A stretch of DNA of 64,000 bases from Takakia lepidozioides. Lineage: Eukaryota; Plantae; Bryophyta. A model generated the notes under the pieces. That model saw only the letters and a program-made list of their open reading frames with translations. It was not told the DNA's origin and did not search any database. Made by a program: the position numbers and the translations under genes. Of this stretch, positions 1 through 13,405 are shown piece after piece (within the stretch, counting starts at the first letter, position 1; each line of letters opens with the position of its first letter). Location of the stretch: positions 21,948,001 to 22,012,000 of the forward strand of contig CM060733.1 in the NCBI GenBank assembly GCA_030704615.1. The letters run 5' to 3'.

Positions 1-2769
1 TTGCGGCCACCAATACTCCCTGGATATCAATTCCATTGTTTTGTTGAAGCCGAAACGTCCTACAGCCGGAAGATCATGACATGTTTGAAGAATTCGAAGT
101 CGTTTAGGTCTTGGAGGTACATAGAGAAGTCCCTTGAAATAAAGTAAGCCATCTTTGAATTCGAAGTCGTTTGTAACATGTGGGTTGTCTCAAAGTCGAT
201 TTAGTTGACTTTGTAGTGTCGTAGCAAATTGGTCGTTCTTTAGTGTTTCATGAATTTCCTTTATGATCTCTGCATCGTCATAGGTGGACATGGATAGCAT
301 ATTCAATTAGAGGTTTGCTGGTTTCAAGATGATGGATCTATGTCGGTCGAAAGCTGCCTCCCTTTTTTTCGGCGCAGGATACGATCGTCGAGAAATAGCA
401 TCGGGTTTCCCTTGAAGATATCCGAGGCAATAGATAATAACAAAATCAAACCTTGCTAGTGACATACCTCATCTTGCTTGACGTCGATTCAAAATACGAG
501 CACTCATAAAATATTCGAGGTTTTTGTGACAATGACCTGATGTTTAGCTCCCTCCAATAGATGACGCCACTCCTCAAAAGCATCGATGATCGCTAGAAGT
601 TCTTTGTCATGGATTTCATAATTGATCTCTGCAGCGAAAAATTTGCGAGTACGAAAACCAACAGGGTGAAGTCGGTCATCCGTACCGTATTAAGAGAGTA
701 TAGCGCCAAGTGCAAAGTCCGATGTATCTGCTTCCAAAAAGAATGGTTTAGATGGGTCTGCATGTACCAGTATTGAAGCCGCTGTAAATGTCTGCTTCAG
801 CCTTTCAAATGTCTGGTCAGCATTTTCGTCCCATACAAATTTGTCCTTCTTTTCAATGGTGCAGCAATTTTGGAGTAGTCATTGATGAAGATTCTATAGA
901 AATTTGTAAATCCCAGAAAACATTGTACATCTCGGACCGAAGTTTGTTTAATCCACTTGATGATGGTTTGTATTTTCTTCTGATCCATAAAAACACCTTT
1001 GTCGGAAAACCGCGTACATTTACCTGTCAAGGGATATTGATGAGGATTGAGATTGATTCTGGTGTCTAGCCGCATGGTCCCTACTATGACTGGACATCTT
1101 CGTTTTCCGACCTCCTTGTATCGAACACTTGAATTGCGCCCCAAGTTTGAATCTTTTCTTGTTGGGGCAGTTTAATGCTATGTGATCTTATTCTCCGCAA
1201 TAGAGGCATAATCCATTCGAGCGCCGTCTTTGTTTTTATTGTGGCGTCAATGGCTTGAATCGGACAGCATCAATCTGTATAAGATCACTATTAGATGTCT
1301 GATGAATCGCCGTAGTAGCAGCTACATGATGCGTCGTCCACCATCCAGATCGCTTCTCTTGACGTCTTTCGAACAAATGATTATCGTATGCAATGACTTG
1401 GGTGATGAATTCGCTCAGTGTACTCACATTTGGCATTGTCAGCAACAAAAATTTTACATCATCTTTTAGCCCACATCGAAACTGACTAATGAGGCTCTTC
1501 TCATTCCAGTCGAGGTTGCACGCAAGTTGTCGAAATTCGGTAGCATAAACGGAAGCAGGACGTGCTCTTTGTCGAAGATTTTGTATCTTTGTCTCTGCAA
1601 CTCTCTCTCTATCATTCTCTTCAAACTTTGTAGTGAACTCGGACATGAACGCTTCAAAATTGTATAGTAAATGCGAATTTTTTTCTAATAGCGGTGCAAA
1701 CCAAGATAGGGCAGTGCTTGATAGAAGGATGCCCACGAATCCCACTTGAGTACTTTTATCGGGGTAGCGTTATGGATATAGTTGTAGGAACAATCATACT
1801 TGTTGAATAAAACCGCGAAATCTTGATCTCGTCCCATCAAATTTCACGGGCATGCTGATCTTTGGTTTTCTCATAATCTGTTGAAGATGAACCGTTGCAG
1901 TATGAGCTGTTGTAGTAGGAACTCGTATTGTTGAAGATCCATTGTTCGACTCCTTTAACTCTGAAATTTGTTGTTACAAATTGTGGAGAGCGTTGCCAAG
2001 ATCTTGATACTGATCAGCTTGTAATTGGGCGGTAGAGGTACGATGTTTTTACATCTGGAGCTGAAGACTCTGCAATGTAGCGACCATTTCCGTAAATGTG
2101 TCTTCCATCTTAACTAACTAAGGAACATACTTTAGTCTCGCCAAACTGTCAAAGATGAGAACATGACTGAACTCAAACAAGATATCAGACTAGAGGTACA
2201 AGACTAGACAATAAGTCAAGGTCGGTGTGGTCGAATGCATGATGGGTAAACATGAATCAAGATGATCTTTATAACAATGGACAAGAGTACAAGATACTGG
2301 AACTCGACTCGAATACTGGAATGCTGGAAACTGGACTGGGTACCGAAGACTGGAAACTGGACTAGAGTACTGGGACTGGGAACAAAAGTAGCTTGAACTT
2401 GTGTTGGCAAGACTCAAGAGTGTCCAGTCTCGTCTCCTATATATACTGGCTACTAGGAAGTTCCCTAAGAAGCTTCCCCAATGGAGGTTTCTTGATGAAG
2501 AAGTTTCCAAGGTTAAACAAAGTGATGGAGAAGTTTCCTTAAACAAATGAGGTATCTTGATGGAGAAGTTTCCTCCAAATGAAGCTTCCTGAGCAGTTTC
2601 CCAAGTTACTCTCGGTAATTTGGTAAACTTTCGGTAACTTGATAACTAATGATAAATCATGGTAGATCATGGTAAATCACGATAAGTTACGGTAACTTCC
2701 GGTAATATGGTAACTTGACAACTTCTGGTATTTACTCCTGGTAAGTTCCTCTGGACTATGTCCGTGACA
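1..2769 (-). mobile_element. Ty3/gypsy LTR retrotransposon, degenerate and internally deleted, continues past the window start
   Basis: LTR 2147-2769 with TGTCA...TGACA ends; PBS-like TGGCGAGACT (2134-2143, minus). Gag (ORF 1236-1745, retrotransposon gag-like, CCHC-knuckle remnant near 1180-1210). Connection/RNase H ([55 protein letters not shown]). Stops and frameshifts; RT core missing. Confidence 0.9.
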
Positions 2770-3800
2770 GAAACCTTACTTCACAATCCTTCTAATTTGT
2801 GGTCATGTTTGGCTCTGTGGATCCTCTGTTAGCACATTGAGGAGGCTGATTCTCCACTACTACATTTTACTCTAGCACATAAGGCTCTTTCTCAGTTTGT
2901 AATTGATTGTTGACCTAGGGTTGTTGCCAGGGATGCAATATGATTTTGGTGATTGTTGCAGACTAAGACATCTAGAGATGCGAAAGCAGGCAGAAACAAG
3001 TAAATATGGTGGCGTATTTCAAGTTCCAGTGAGGACTTCTGGCCATTATCATGTATCATCTTGTGTTGTGTTTTACAACCTTGTTGGGATTTTGTTTTTG
3101 TAAAGGTTGATTTGAACTGTGCTGTCTCGAGCATCTTTGGAATTTTTTGGAAACTCCATGTGGAATTTGTGTGGATAATTTTCTGATTATTGTAGGAATG
3201 AATGGTGCTAATGAAATGATGAGTTGGATCAAGTGAACACTTAGATTAAATTGAAAACTGCAGGTGGGCTGAAAAATCAGCCTTTTGCACTCCCAGTTCC
3301 TTACATGTACTTGTAAGATGACCCAACTTTGTATTAGTGCTACACCCGGCTATAGGATGAACATAACCAGCCAACCATTGCGGATCCACCAACGTGTAGG
3401 CACTTCAGAAAACCAGTCAAATTTGGCTGCATGCTTTGCTATAAGAAATACACTATTGTAAAAGACTCTTTTTGAAATGGATAATCTACATCCAAAATGT
3501 CTGCATCCTCCATTGCCTGAAACCGTTCTTGTAGAAAAATATAACCCGCTCCCAAAGGTGTCACCACCAATGTTCATGAATACGCTAATAGGAAATTCAG
3601 TTCACACTAGAATATTCAGTGCTAACAACTTCTAATGAGGTAAACCCAAAACCCTGAAGATACTGAGATATCATGAACAAAAGAAAATTCATGCATGTCT
3701 TCTGGTACAAATATTTGTCTAGTTAAACTAATCCCTGAACAAATCATGTAGCCACAGTTCAACCTATTTTTGTAAAATTTCGTGATACACGTACAAACTG

Positions 3801-3839
<39 letters not shown>
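3801..3839 (+). repeat. poly(A) tract
   Basis: About 39 consecutive A. Confidence 0.95.
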
Positions 3840-3841
<2 letters not shown>

Positions 3842-4125
3842 AAATGAAAATACTACATCACCTGATTTTTTATTGATGACACAGTTAAGTAGGGATTACG
3901 AATTTCAGCATGCACAGCCTCAATGTGCTTCTTGGTGAAACATGTTCTCCAACAAAATCAGAGCGAATCTTTTTACCCATAGCTTCTTCACAAATGTAAT
4001 GTGAAGGAGATTTCCGAGAGGTTGATTCACGCACTCAGCTTCCCAATCCAAATATGTGCAGTTCCAAATTCTCATTTTCAATTTATTAAATTCACAATCT
4101 TGATATATTGGATATGTTGCAATGT

Positions 4126-7100
4126 TTTTTTGTTTTTTTGTTTTTTTTTTAATAAATGAAAGGGGACAGAGGCTCTTTTAATCAAATTGATAGAAAAGTC
4201 AGAAGGTGGAAAAAATAACCACCACCAAGGCCGTGAGGCTTATTGAGGGGAAACTTCCCCGTGACCCTAGCAAACAAGCTAAATAGCAAGAGGTAACCGA
4301 GAGCTAGAGATATGTGTGTGAGAGAGAGGTATAGATTATAGGAAGGATTTTAGGGTGATCGAAATAGTGGTTGTAAAGAAGAGGTATGTAGAAAGCGAAG
4401 GACGTGCAGGAGAGGCAACATTTGCAATAACATGTTCGCGATTTGAAGGTTTTGAGCTGCCAAGACTGCTGAGTGAGGAGATTAAGGAGTAGTAAGATTG
4501 GGGGAGCAAGAAATCATCAGTACAGCCGATTGCCAGTGCTGGTACGAGAGTCCGAGCTGATCCAAAACAAGGTATCAGAACCTCAGCTGTGCTCTTGATT
4601 TAGTGTCCCTAGCTCTTTTATGCCTGCAATTGAATTCGGCCTCATCTCCCTCACCATGAGACTTCCCATTGAGTGGGGATGGCGTCTTTCCAGGTAAAGC
4701 GCATGTCGGGAAGGCTGGAGCCGAGCAGGTCGCCTTTGCCCCAGGAGTGTATGAAATCTTGAAGCAACTTGCGTCCTCGTTGTTTTGAAGTTCTGGGAAT
4801 AGTTGCACACGTAAAGTCCCACGCTTTCCTCCCCTCAGTTAATAGATCATGATATGTATGAAACAAGATCGATTTGCCTCTGGGGTGTTTGCCCTCATAA
4901 ACCTAGGCACACCTTGCTTTCCACAGATTCCATAAGGTGTGAGCTCTCAGAGAAGCCCAGACCGGGCAGCTAACCTGAGATTGAGTAATATGAACATTGA
5001 GGAGCAGCAGTGAAGGAGGGGGTGGATTGGAGAAAGAGGCCCAGTGAGAATAGAATCCAAGAATTACTCTCCATATCCTACTTGAGATATTGCAGGAAAG
5101 CAAACAATGTTCAATAGACTCTGGTTCAAGCAGGCAGAGGGGGCAGGCAGGCTGGTCCTCATGGGTAACAAGCCTGATGGGGAGTATTCTGTGTGCCAGT
5201 TTCTATAGGAAGCCGGATACTTTTGCAGAACGGTCCTTCCTCCAAATGTCTCTCCAGACTTTGTCCCAGCAGCCTTGAGGTAAACTGTGGTTGCCCCATT
5301 TGGCTGTCCATTTTCTTTGAAAAGAGCGAGGTGGGTTGATGAGAGAGTAACCCAGCTTCACATAATAACCAAAGAAAAAGGTTTTTTTGCTGTCCATCCA
5401 CCGCCACTCTCCTGGATCGAATTGCAAATCAGCCAAAGGGCAGGATAGGAACCAAGTAAATGATTCGTGAAAGGCCCATTGCACTTCCATTCCTGGAGGA
5501 GGCAGGGGGTTGGCATTGCCTTTACTGTCCAACACTCTTATGTGGCAGAGGTTGTCCTTGTTGTGGTCTGTAATGCCTTGAAAAGCCAGACTATCTTCAG
5601 CATCTGGTATGAAGCCTATCCCTGTTGTTGTGTTTCCATGCGTGGAGAGAACGAGGATTACCGTCCATTGATTGTCCGTTAGTGCAGCCATCCAAGCGGG
5701 GACTATCTAGTCTGTTTGTGGTTCATCAAGGATGGGCATCATGTATTGTGGGATATTTGATAGGACAATGTTCCAAGCTCTAGACCTTCTTCCACCTAGG
5801 GATGTAGAGACTTGCTCCTCCATCAAGAATTGGTCGTGCTCTCTAATAGAGGCGATGTGGGTGAAGCCTTTCCCTTCCAAAAAAGCCCAGGCCGGGGTAT
5901 GTTTCAGCAGAGGGGTAGAGTCCATGTTGAAGTTGATGAACAGCGGCTGGCAGAGGCATTCTTGTATAGTGGCAGGCATTCTCTGCGTGAGGTTGGCACC
6001 CCTCAGGGCATGCCATGCTTTCCAAATTGTTTGCCATGGTCTGGATTCCAACTTAATTCCTGCATTTCTACCTTGGACAATCCACCTGAGAGAATGAGCC
6101 TAGAGGGGAGAAGATGCGGGGATAGACCCCATCAAATAAGGCTGAATGAGTTTGCTCCAGGGAGTACTCCTGTGTTTTACTGCCCTCGGTATCCACTTTG
6201 CCAATAGTGCTTTGATATGAGCTGCAATGTCCAAAATTTCCAAGCCTCCCCTCTTTTGGCACAGCTGGTCCCATGAGACTAGCGCCTGTCTCAATGGCGT
6301 AGCGGGGGTGCCCCCCCAGATGAAATTTCTAATGAGGGCTCTTATCTCCTTATGGAGGGCAACCTCCAGGTCCCATGCTGCAGCAAAAAACCATAGTGAG
6401 CCTTCCAGAACTTGATTGGCTACTAGTGCTCTGCCCACCATAGAAAGCATTGCCGAGCTCCAAAAAGCTAGGCTTCTCTTAAGTTTGGAAAACACCTCTT
6501 TCATTCGGTTGTGCTGCGTAAGATGTATGCCCATCTGGTGACCTAGGAAGGTGTGTGACTCCCCGAGAGGATTCCCATGGACTTTCCCCAGTTCACTTTC
6601 AGACTTGATCCAATACAAAAAGTATGGAGGGCATGTAGCGCTCTGTCTATGTTATTTTTCCTTGTATTATCTAGCAGGAGCACCGTGTCGTCTGCATACA
6701 TAGATAATTTCAGCATTTCGGGCCTGTAGGTGGGCAATTGAAGACCAATGATGTCGTGTCTAGAGTCCAGTAGATGACCCAGTGAATCCGCCGCAATCAA
6801 GAAAAGAAATGGGGCGGGTGGACAACCTTGTCGTACTGATCTGGATATTGGGAAGGATCTGGAGATTACCCCATCAACCATTACCTTGCTGGAGGCCGAA
6901 AGAAGCAGTATCCGAACCCATGCCAGGAAAGGACCCCCTAGCGCTATTTTTTCCAAAACCTTCATGAGAAAAGGCCAGTCAATGGAGTCGAAAGCCTTCT
7001 CAAAATCCAGCAGAAGGAACGCCAATGGCTGATTATTCACCTCAGCTCTGTGGAGGCTCTCATGGGCTAGAAGGATGTTATCAAGAATCATGCAATCCTT

Positions 7101-8911
7101 AAGGAAGTCTGTTTGATTTTTCCTTATGATGTTCGGCAGCAACGGTTGCAGCCTGAGTGCCAAGGCCTTTGCAATGATTTTATAGGTAGAGTTTAGCAAC
7201 GTGATTGGCCGATAGTTTGCCATATTGTCTCTTTCCCCCTTTTTGAAAATCAGTGTTACCAGTCCCTCCGAGATCTGGGATGGCATGATATTTTTGTCCA
7301 TGATGTCATTGGCCATTGACAGGAAATCATCTCCTATAGTTTGCCAGAGAACTTTGAACAACTCAATAGGGAGGCTGTCCAGGCCTGGTGATTTTTGAGA
7401 GGCCATGGAATCCACTGCCCTTCCCAATTCATGCATGTCAAAGGGTGATGTCAGGCTTGTTTTTTCCCTGTCAGAGAGAGCACAAATGACTTGGCTGACG
7501 AGAGTCGCCATAGCATGGTCCTTTGGATCTGTGGGGGGCTGCCCTTGGAAGAGCCGCTGAAAAAACCTTGCGGCCACCGATGCCATCTTTTTGGGGTCTT
7601 CAACCAGCAATCCAGTGTCAAGATCATGCAAGGCCGGTACCAGAGTCGCTGCTCTCCTTTGTGCTATTTTGGCAAAGAAGTATTTTGTCATTTTTTCACC
7701 CTTTAGTGACCAGTTAACTCCTGCCTTGATTCTCATGAAGTTCTCCCTGGCATGCAACAGAAGTGACAGATTCCTTTTGGCAAGTCTGTAGGACGTCATT
7801 GTGTATGGGCCCTCATTTCCTGTCTGCAATTGGTACTGGCATACCTCCCGACATTTTGTCAAAGCTTTCTGCCTGCGATTGCTTTCTTCAGCTTTCTCCC
7901 TGGATATATTCTGACAGAGGTTCCTCAGTATACGCATCTTTGCCAGGAATCGAGCTGTGGGTGAGTGGGAGGGGGTGACAGCAGTTGTCCACGCATCCAG
8001 AGCTTTAACAACCTCTTGATCCTTTAGAAAAGTCGGGTTGAGCTTGAAGTAGCCCCTGCCTTTCACTCTAAAGTCGGGTGTTGTCACTGAAATGTGAACC
8101 GAGGAGTGATCAAACCCTGGCTGGATGGGATCCAAATTGTGACGTTTGGTTCAACCCAACAGTGCCACCGTGCAGTAGAATCTATCAAGCCTGGCCTGGC
8201 AAAGATTTAGGAGGGTCTCTGTTATTTAATGTGTATTTTAATTCACCTTGTCATGGGGCTGTGGCATCCAGCAGTCCGACCGCCAAAGAAAGGTTATCCC
8301 AGGCGTCTCTTTCAGCTGGCGAGAGACCGTGAGCCGAGTGACCCAGCCTGTCTTCCTCATTTTCAACCATATTGGAATCTCCCTACAAAAGCCAGTGCTG
8401 TATGTGCGGGTTTTGTAGCAGCTTGTCTCTGATCTGATTCCAAAGCCCTATTCTTTTATCTTCCCCATTTGGGGCATAGATGTTGAGCACCCCAACAGCA
8501 CCCAGGGATTGGCCCAAATTAAGGGCAAGAAACTGAACTTTGCCCTGTATCCAAATGTCAAATGTTAGCAACAATATGCTGACCAAGAGAGGGGGATGCC
8601 AGAATTGTCGTGCCCCCTCTGTCCACAACTGTGGGGTTCCAAAAAGCAGTAGCAGGTGGCCAAATTGAGGTCCCTAAGGAGGTAATTTTCATTTGATCTA
8701 ATTTGTGCTCTTGTAAGAGGAGGAGGGAAGAGTTTCTAATAAATCTAGAGGCCCAGGTTCTGACTCTTGCCCTTTTTGGGGCTGAGTGATCAGAGCCAAG
8801 GCCTTTGACATTCCAGGAGAAGACAAAGAGGTTCATGTAGGAGGGAGAGAAAGGCCCGTGTGAAAAGCACGATTTGACGGCCATATTGTTTCGAAGTGAT
8901 ACTTGGTTCAT
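4126..8911 (-). mobile_element. L1-clade LINE ORF2 (APE endonuclease, RT, zf-RVT), frameshifted
   Basis: FSWNVKGLG...LLQEHKL and VLNIYAPN (APE); NYRPITLLN, LLDFEKAFDSIDW, SVRQGCP, YADDT (RT, ORF 6543-8135); C-terminal CPLCLLEPESIEHCL on the minus strand near 5100-5140; T-rich tract 4126-4150 reads as a poly(A) tail on the minus strand. Confidence 0.92.
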
Positions 8912-11900
8912 TTATCGGACGGAGGCAGAGTGGAGACCCATTTAAAACCAGACAGGGGAGGGAGTAAAGCAGGAAGTTTCCAGGTAAAACTTGTTAAACT
9001 TGTTATAGTCAATTTTCTTTGATAGAGTGATCTATATTACTAACAAAACCAAACATCAAAAATAGAAACATGGTGGTATTCTAGTACAGTATGAATGGTT
9101 GGAGGTATTGCAATCCCATGCCAATGAAACTAGGATGATTCTAAGGAGAAAATAACAGCATGATGCCTACCTATTCTCTTTCAAATTTGAGAATTGATTC
9201 TTTCAAAAGAAACTGTCATGTTTGCTCCCCATTCTGGACTTCTTTATTCAACGCAGATATGGTTGGAGAAGACATCAGCCAAGGATGTCAGTATTTCCAC
9301 TGCAGAAACAAGCAAAGGACAAATAGTTCACATTTCTTCCAAGGTTTGGGTCTCCAACAATGGCTCAAGTAGATTTAAGATCACTCGAACAGGGACCAAG
9401 TGCGATTTGGCTGTGGCGCAGTTCGCCACGTGGCAGGGCGACATCAGTCAAATGTCCCCTGTTTGCGGTTGGATTGGCACATGTTACTTATTCACACCTG
9501 TAAGAATATCCAGCCAATTAGAAATTATGTATAATGTAAATAAGAATGCACAAAAAAAAATGAACAGTTTCAGCAAGTAACAACAATAATAATATGCTTA
9601 ATGGTTTGTCCCAACAGGTTATTTAAGCACAATCGCACGACAATGTAAGGCGCATCATACACTAGCACAATGCACACGATGGTCCAATATTGATCTAGTT
9701 TTGAGCTGGTGTTGAGTATCATCTATTGCATATATTGCGTTGATTTCTTCATTTGTTCTTGTATATTGTATTGTAGAAAAGTGAAGATCCATTTGTTGTT
9801 TGTAGCAGGGTTGGATTGATATTCGGTTGCTATCACACTAGACATAGTTATCCCAGCTCGAAACTTAAACCAATGTGGATCAAAACTCTTGATACCGTAG
9901 GACCAATTTTTCACTTTAAACAATTCTAATTGGTATGCCCAAAAATCGATACTAGACCAATAGTAGTTATTTCTTCCTAGGATTAGAACGACTTAGAATC
10001 CTTGCTATCTTGTAGTGTGAATATGTGGCATTTTTTATTTTATTTTTCCTGCAGCTGTTTGATGGGGCTAAGTACTTAAGATTTTACAACATTTAAGTAG
10101 TTGGATGAATGACCGTGATGGATGAAATATGGGTCACTGGATGAAAGCATCCATCTGCCAAACATCCCAGTGCCCTGGATCGGCGGGATTTATGAGTTGC
10201 GGCGTTCTTCATGCAAGCACGCAAGCACGGGCATGGCAAGCTGTTGACACTTTGTATTCTGGAGTAGACATCAGCCTGCGTGCCTTAGTTATTGGCTGCG
10301 ATTTACTTTCCTGTTCCTGTTTTTGGTGAGAAGATCCCTCCTCTTTAGCGGGAGATAATGGAGGTGGCTAGGGAGAACCATGACTCTAGAATTGGGCATG
10401 TTGAAGTGAGAATTTGAGGAAGCACACTGAAGCTCCAGTTTTTGGGAGAAATTGTCATGGCTGGCTAGGATAGTTAGCATTGCAGTGGTTAGGGTGCATT
10501 AGCTGCTCTTCATTGCATTCATGAGAGGCTAGAGAGGGTGCATTGGGGGTATTTCTTCAGTGCAGTCATGAAAGGCTAGAGGCTTGCATGGTGAGGTCAC
10601 TGATTTGTCCTGATTTCCTTATGTTGCATTCAACATTAGCTCTGGCTTGGCATGAAGGGTGCATGATCCAACCTTAGGCATCTGGAGGTAAAATGAGAGA
10701 GGGCCGGATGGGCATTCATGTAGTTCGACCAGCTGTTTTGAAGGGAAATCTGTAAGTACCAGTGGGTGGTTGCTTTCCATGGGATGTACCTGTCCTGGGG
10801 TCACGATTGTATGGGCATCCAGGCAGTGTGCACGGTGATATTCTCGAGTTACTGATGTCCGAAGACAGATTGACCCTGCCTCCGTCTTCCCTTCCGCTGC
10901 GGTTTGGGTGGGGTGTGTGAATGACTCTGATGTGTTAATGTTTGTCTCTGGGGTGTTTACGTCAGCCCCCTTCTTTCACACCACAATCTTTTTGGAAAAT
11001 AAAAGAGGATTAGAGTTTATTTACATTAGATTAAAATGATTATCCTAGTTCTTGGCATGCCAAATCTTTCCCACCCATCTCCCACTTGATGTCATGAATA
11101 TCCCTCCCAATATGTGTTACGAAATTTTGACCAAGTATAAAAAGTACAAAGACAAAATAACACTACTAATAGTGTGTCACACATCGGTGTGACCATATAT
11201 ATGTATATGTATATGACGCCAACCGAAGCTACTGTAAATAAGAGCCTCTTTCCTTTCAAGGGTGAGCTCTATCGAAACACCGTGGCTAGCTGGCCACTTT
11301 CAATCTTGCGTTTATTTATAATAAGAGATGTAAGCGAAGACATGGTGTGTAGGAAGGGGGTGGTATGCTTAGGGAGTGGCTTGAGGTTTTCCTTAAGGAT
11401 GTGGAAGTTGTGGCTATGTGCAGCTCTTTTGACACCTACAGTAATAATAGAGGGGAGCTGTGTTCCATCTGTGTTGGTCAAGGGCCTGTATCATTCGTAA
11501 CCTGTAATCGTCTCATTTGTATTGAATGGATTGATGTGGGTATCTATCATGGCAGATTGTGAGCTCTAAAGGATGGTAGTGGTCGATGAGATAAGGAATC
11601 CATGGATGAGCATAGTGCTTTTATTTCACCTTTCCAAAATCGCCACAAAGGCCACATATAAATTCTACCCAATGCCCATGTGGCGAGAATGATGAGGCGG
11701 TAGGGTTAGAATAGTGGATGTATAACATTTGTCACATTTTAATATGTCCACGTAGGAAAAATCTGGCTTCTGATATTTAACCCTTAGCGAGTTTTTGGCG
11801 AATGTTTTAATTTTTACTCCTGTAATAATGGGTGGGTGTGGGCGATCTGAATAGGGTCAAAGGATGGGAGTACAAGGGGCTGGGCAGCTGATCCATATTC

Positions 11901-13405
11901 TAGGTCGACGTTTTGCCAGTTTTAAAAACACTGGATGAGCCGGATATCACGACACAGTCTTGCGAGACAGCAACAAGGGTGCGCCCGAGGTGTGCATGGT
12001 AGGAGCCATGATGGGACCGTGTGGTTCGGCGGTAGGCCTTGGAACGTTCATGCATTGATAAGGTTGAACCATCTAGATTTAGGATGTGAGAGCATAAGCT
12101 TGAGGATATGTCTCCTTGATTACGACGAGCAATGCAAAGTCAGTGTATTATAGGGTGGGTGTAGTGGAGAACAAGGTGGGGCCATGTGTCTATTTGGGGG
12201 CGATGCGGCATAGTGTACAAATGCTTGTTAGGATATAATAAAGGCCAAAATAAATTCCCCTTTGATTACCCATGTATTGGGGTGACATAGTAACCCAACA
12301 TGAATCTACTCATAGCTACCAACATCACTGCCTTACAAAGAGACTACTCGTTGCTCCACACTAAGCTAAAATCTTATATAAGTGAGTCCAGGTAGGCCGG
12401 GGTGGGATGATTTAACATAGGGTCTGTCTTAGGACACTAAAACCGACGAAAGCATGAAAGTATTGCACACTTGCATTAAGTTCTTCCATTCATTTTTATT
12501 ATTTCCCTTTTGTAGCAGCTATTTTATATTAATGAAAACCTGTACTTGTGTCCCAGAATCATGTCTGATATATATTAGAAATCAAGATATATATATATAT
12601 ATGTTTCACTATATTTCTTTCATTTTAATTGGATACTGCCAATACTATTTGTCCATCAACAAAAGGGGGAAGGATGGGATTCATCGGTTTTTCATCTGAG
12701 GCAAATTCAGCGAATTTACAAAGCATACCTACTGCTAAACAATTAAGGAAACATTTGGAAAAAAAGCCTTAGTATGGCTCTCGGGCCGAGGGTTTTTAAT
12801 TTTCCCTTCCCTGCAATAAAATTCAGAGGGCCATCTATTGACAAGGAAAAGGAAGCAAGGGGTCCCGCGATACAAAATCCCGAGAGAGAGTGGATTGCAA
12901 ATATTTGAAAGACAGTCTCGGGTAGCGTAGCTAGCTGCGGGACCGTCTCTCTCTCTCTCTCTTCACTGCGTTGCCTCGGCGGTCTAGATGGCCACAGCCT
13001 CGAGGGCTGCGGCCGTGGGCTCGGGCGGGGAGGTACTACTGAGTATAAAGCATATGTCTGTATGGGGCATTTCATCCTGTCTTGCCGTGAATTCTTGATG
13101 CCCACTTCGTTCTCTCCGGCTCCCTACTCTGTAAGCCTTCCTGTTTCTTGGTTTCCTTGAGCTTCCTCTTCTCTCATTTAATTCTGCTTACAGGTGAGCT
13201 TTCAATTTTAGTTGGGGTTCGTTGCCTTCTACTCTACCAGTCTAGGCGGAGTTGTTTGCCATAGATCTCCATTACATCTTCTGTGTTCTTACCCTGCTTG
13301 ATCATTGAATGCACATTGGGCTGAAGGTCATTCGAAGCCTTTGGTGGACGTGTGCGGCTGCCAATCTTTTTTTCTACCCAATTCGCGAATTTTCGTTCTG
13401 AGCAG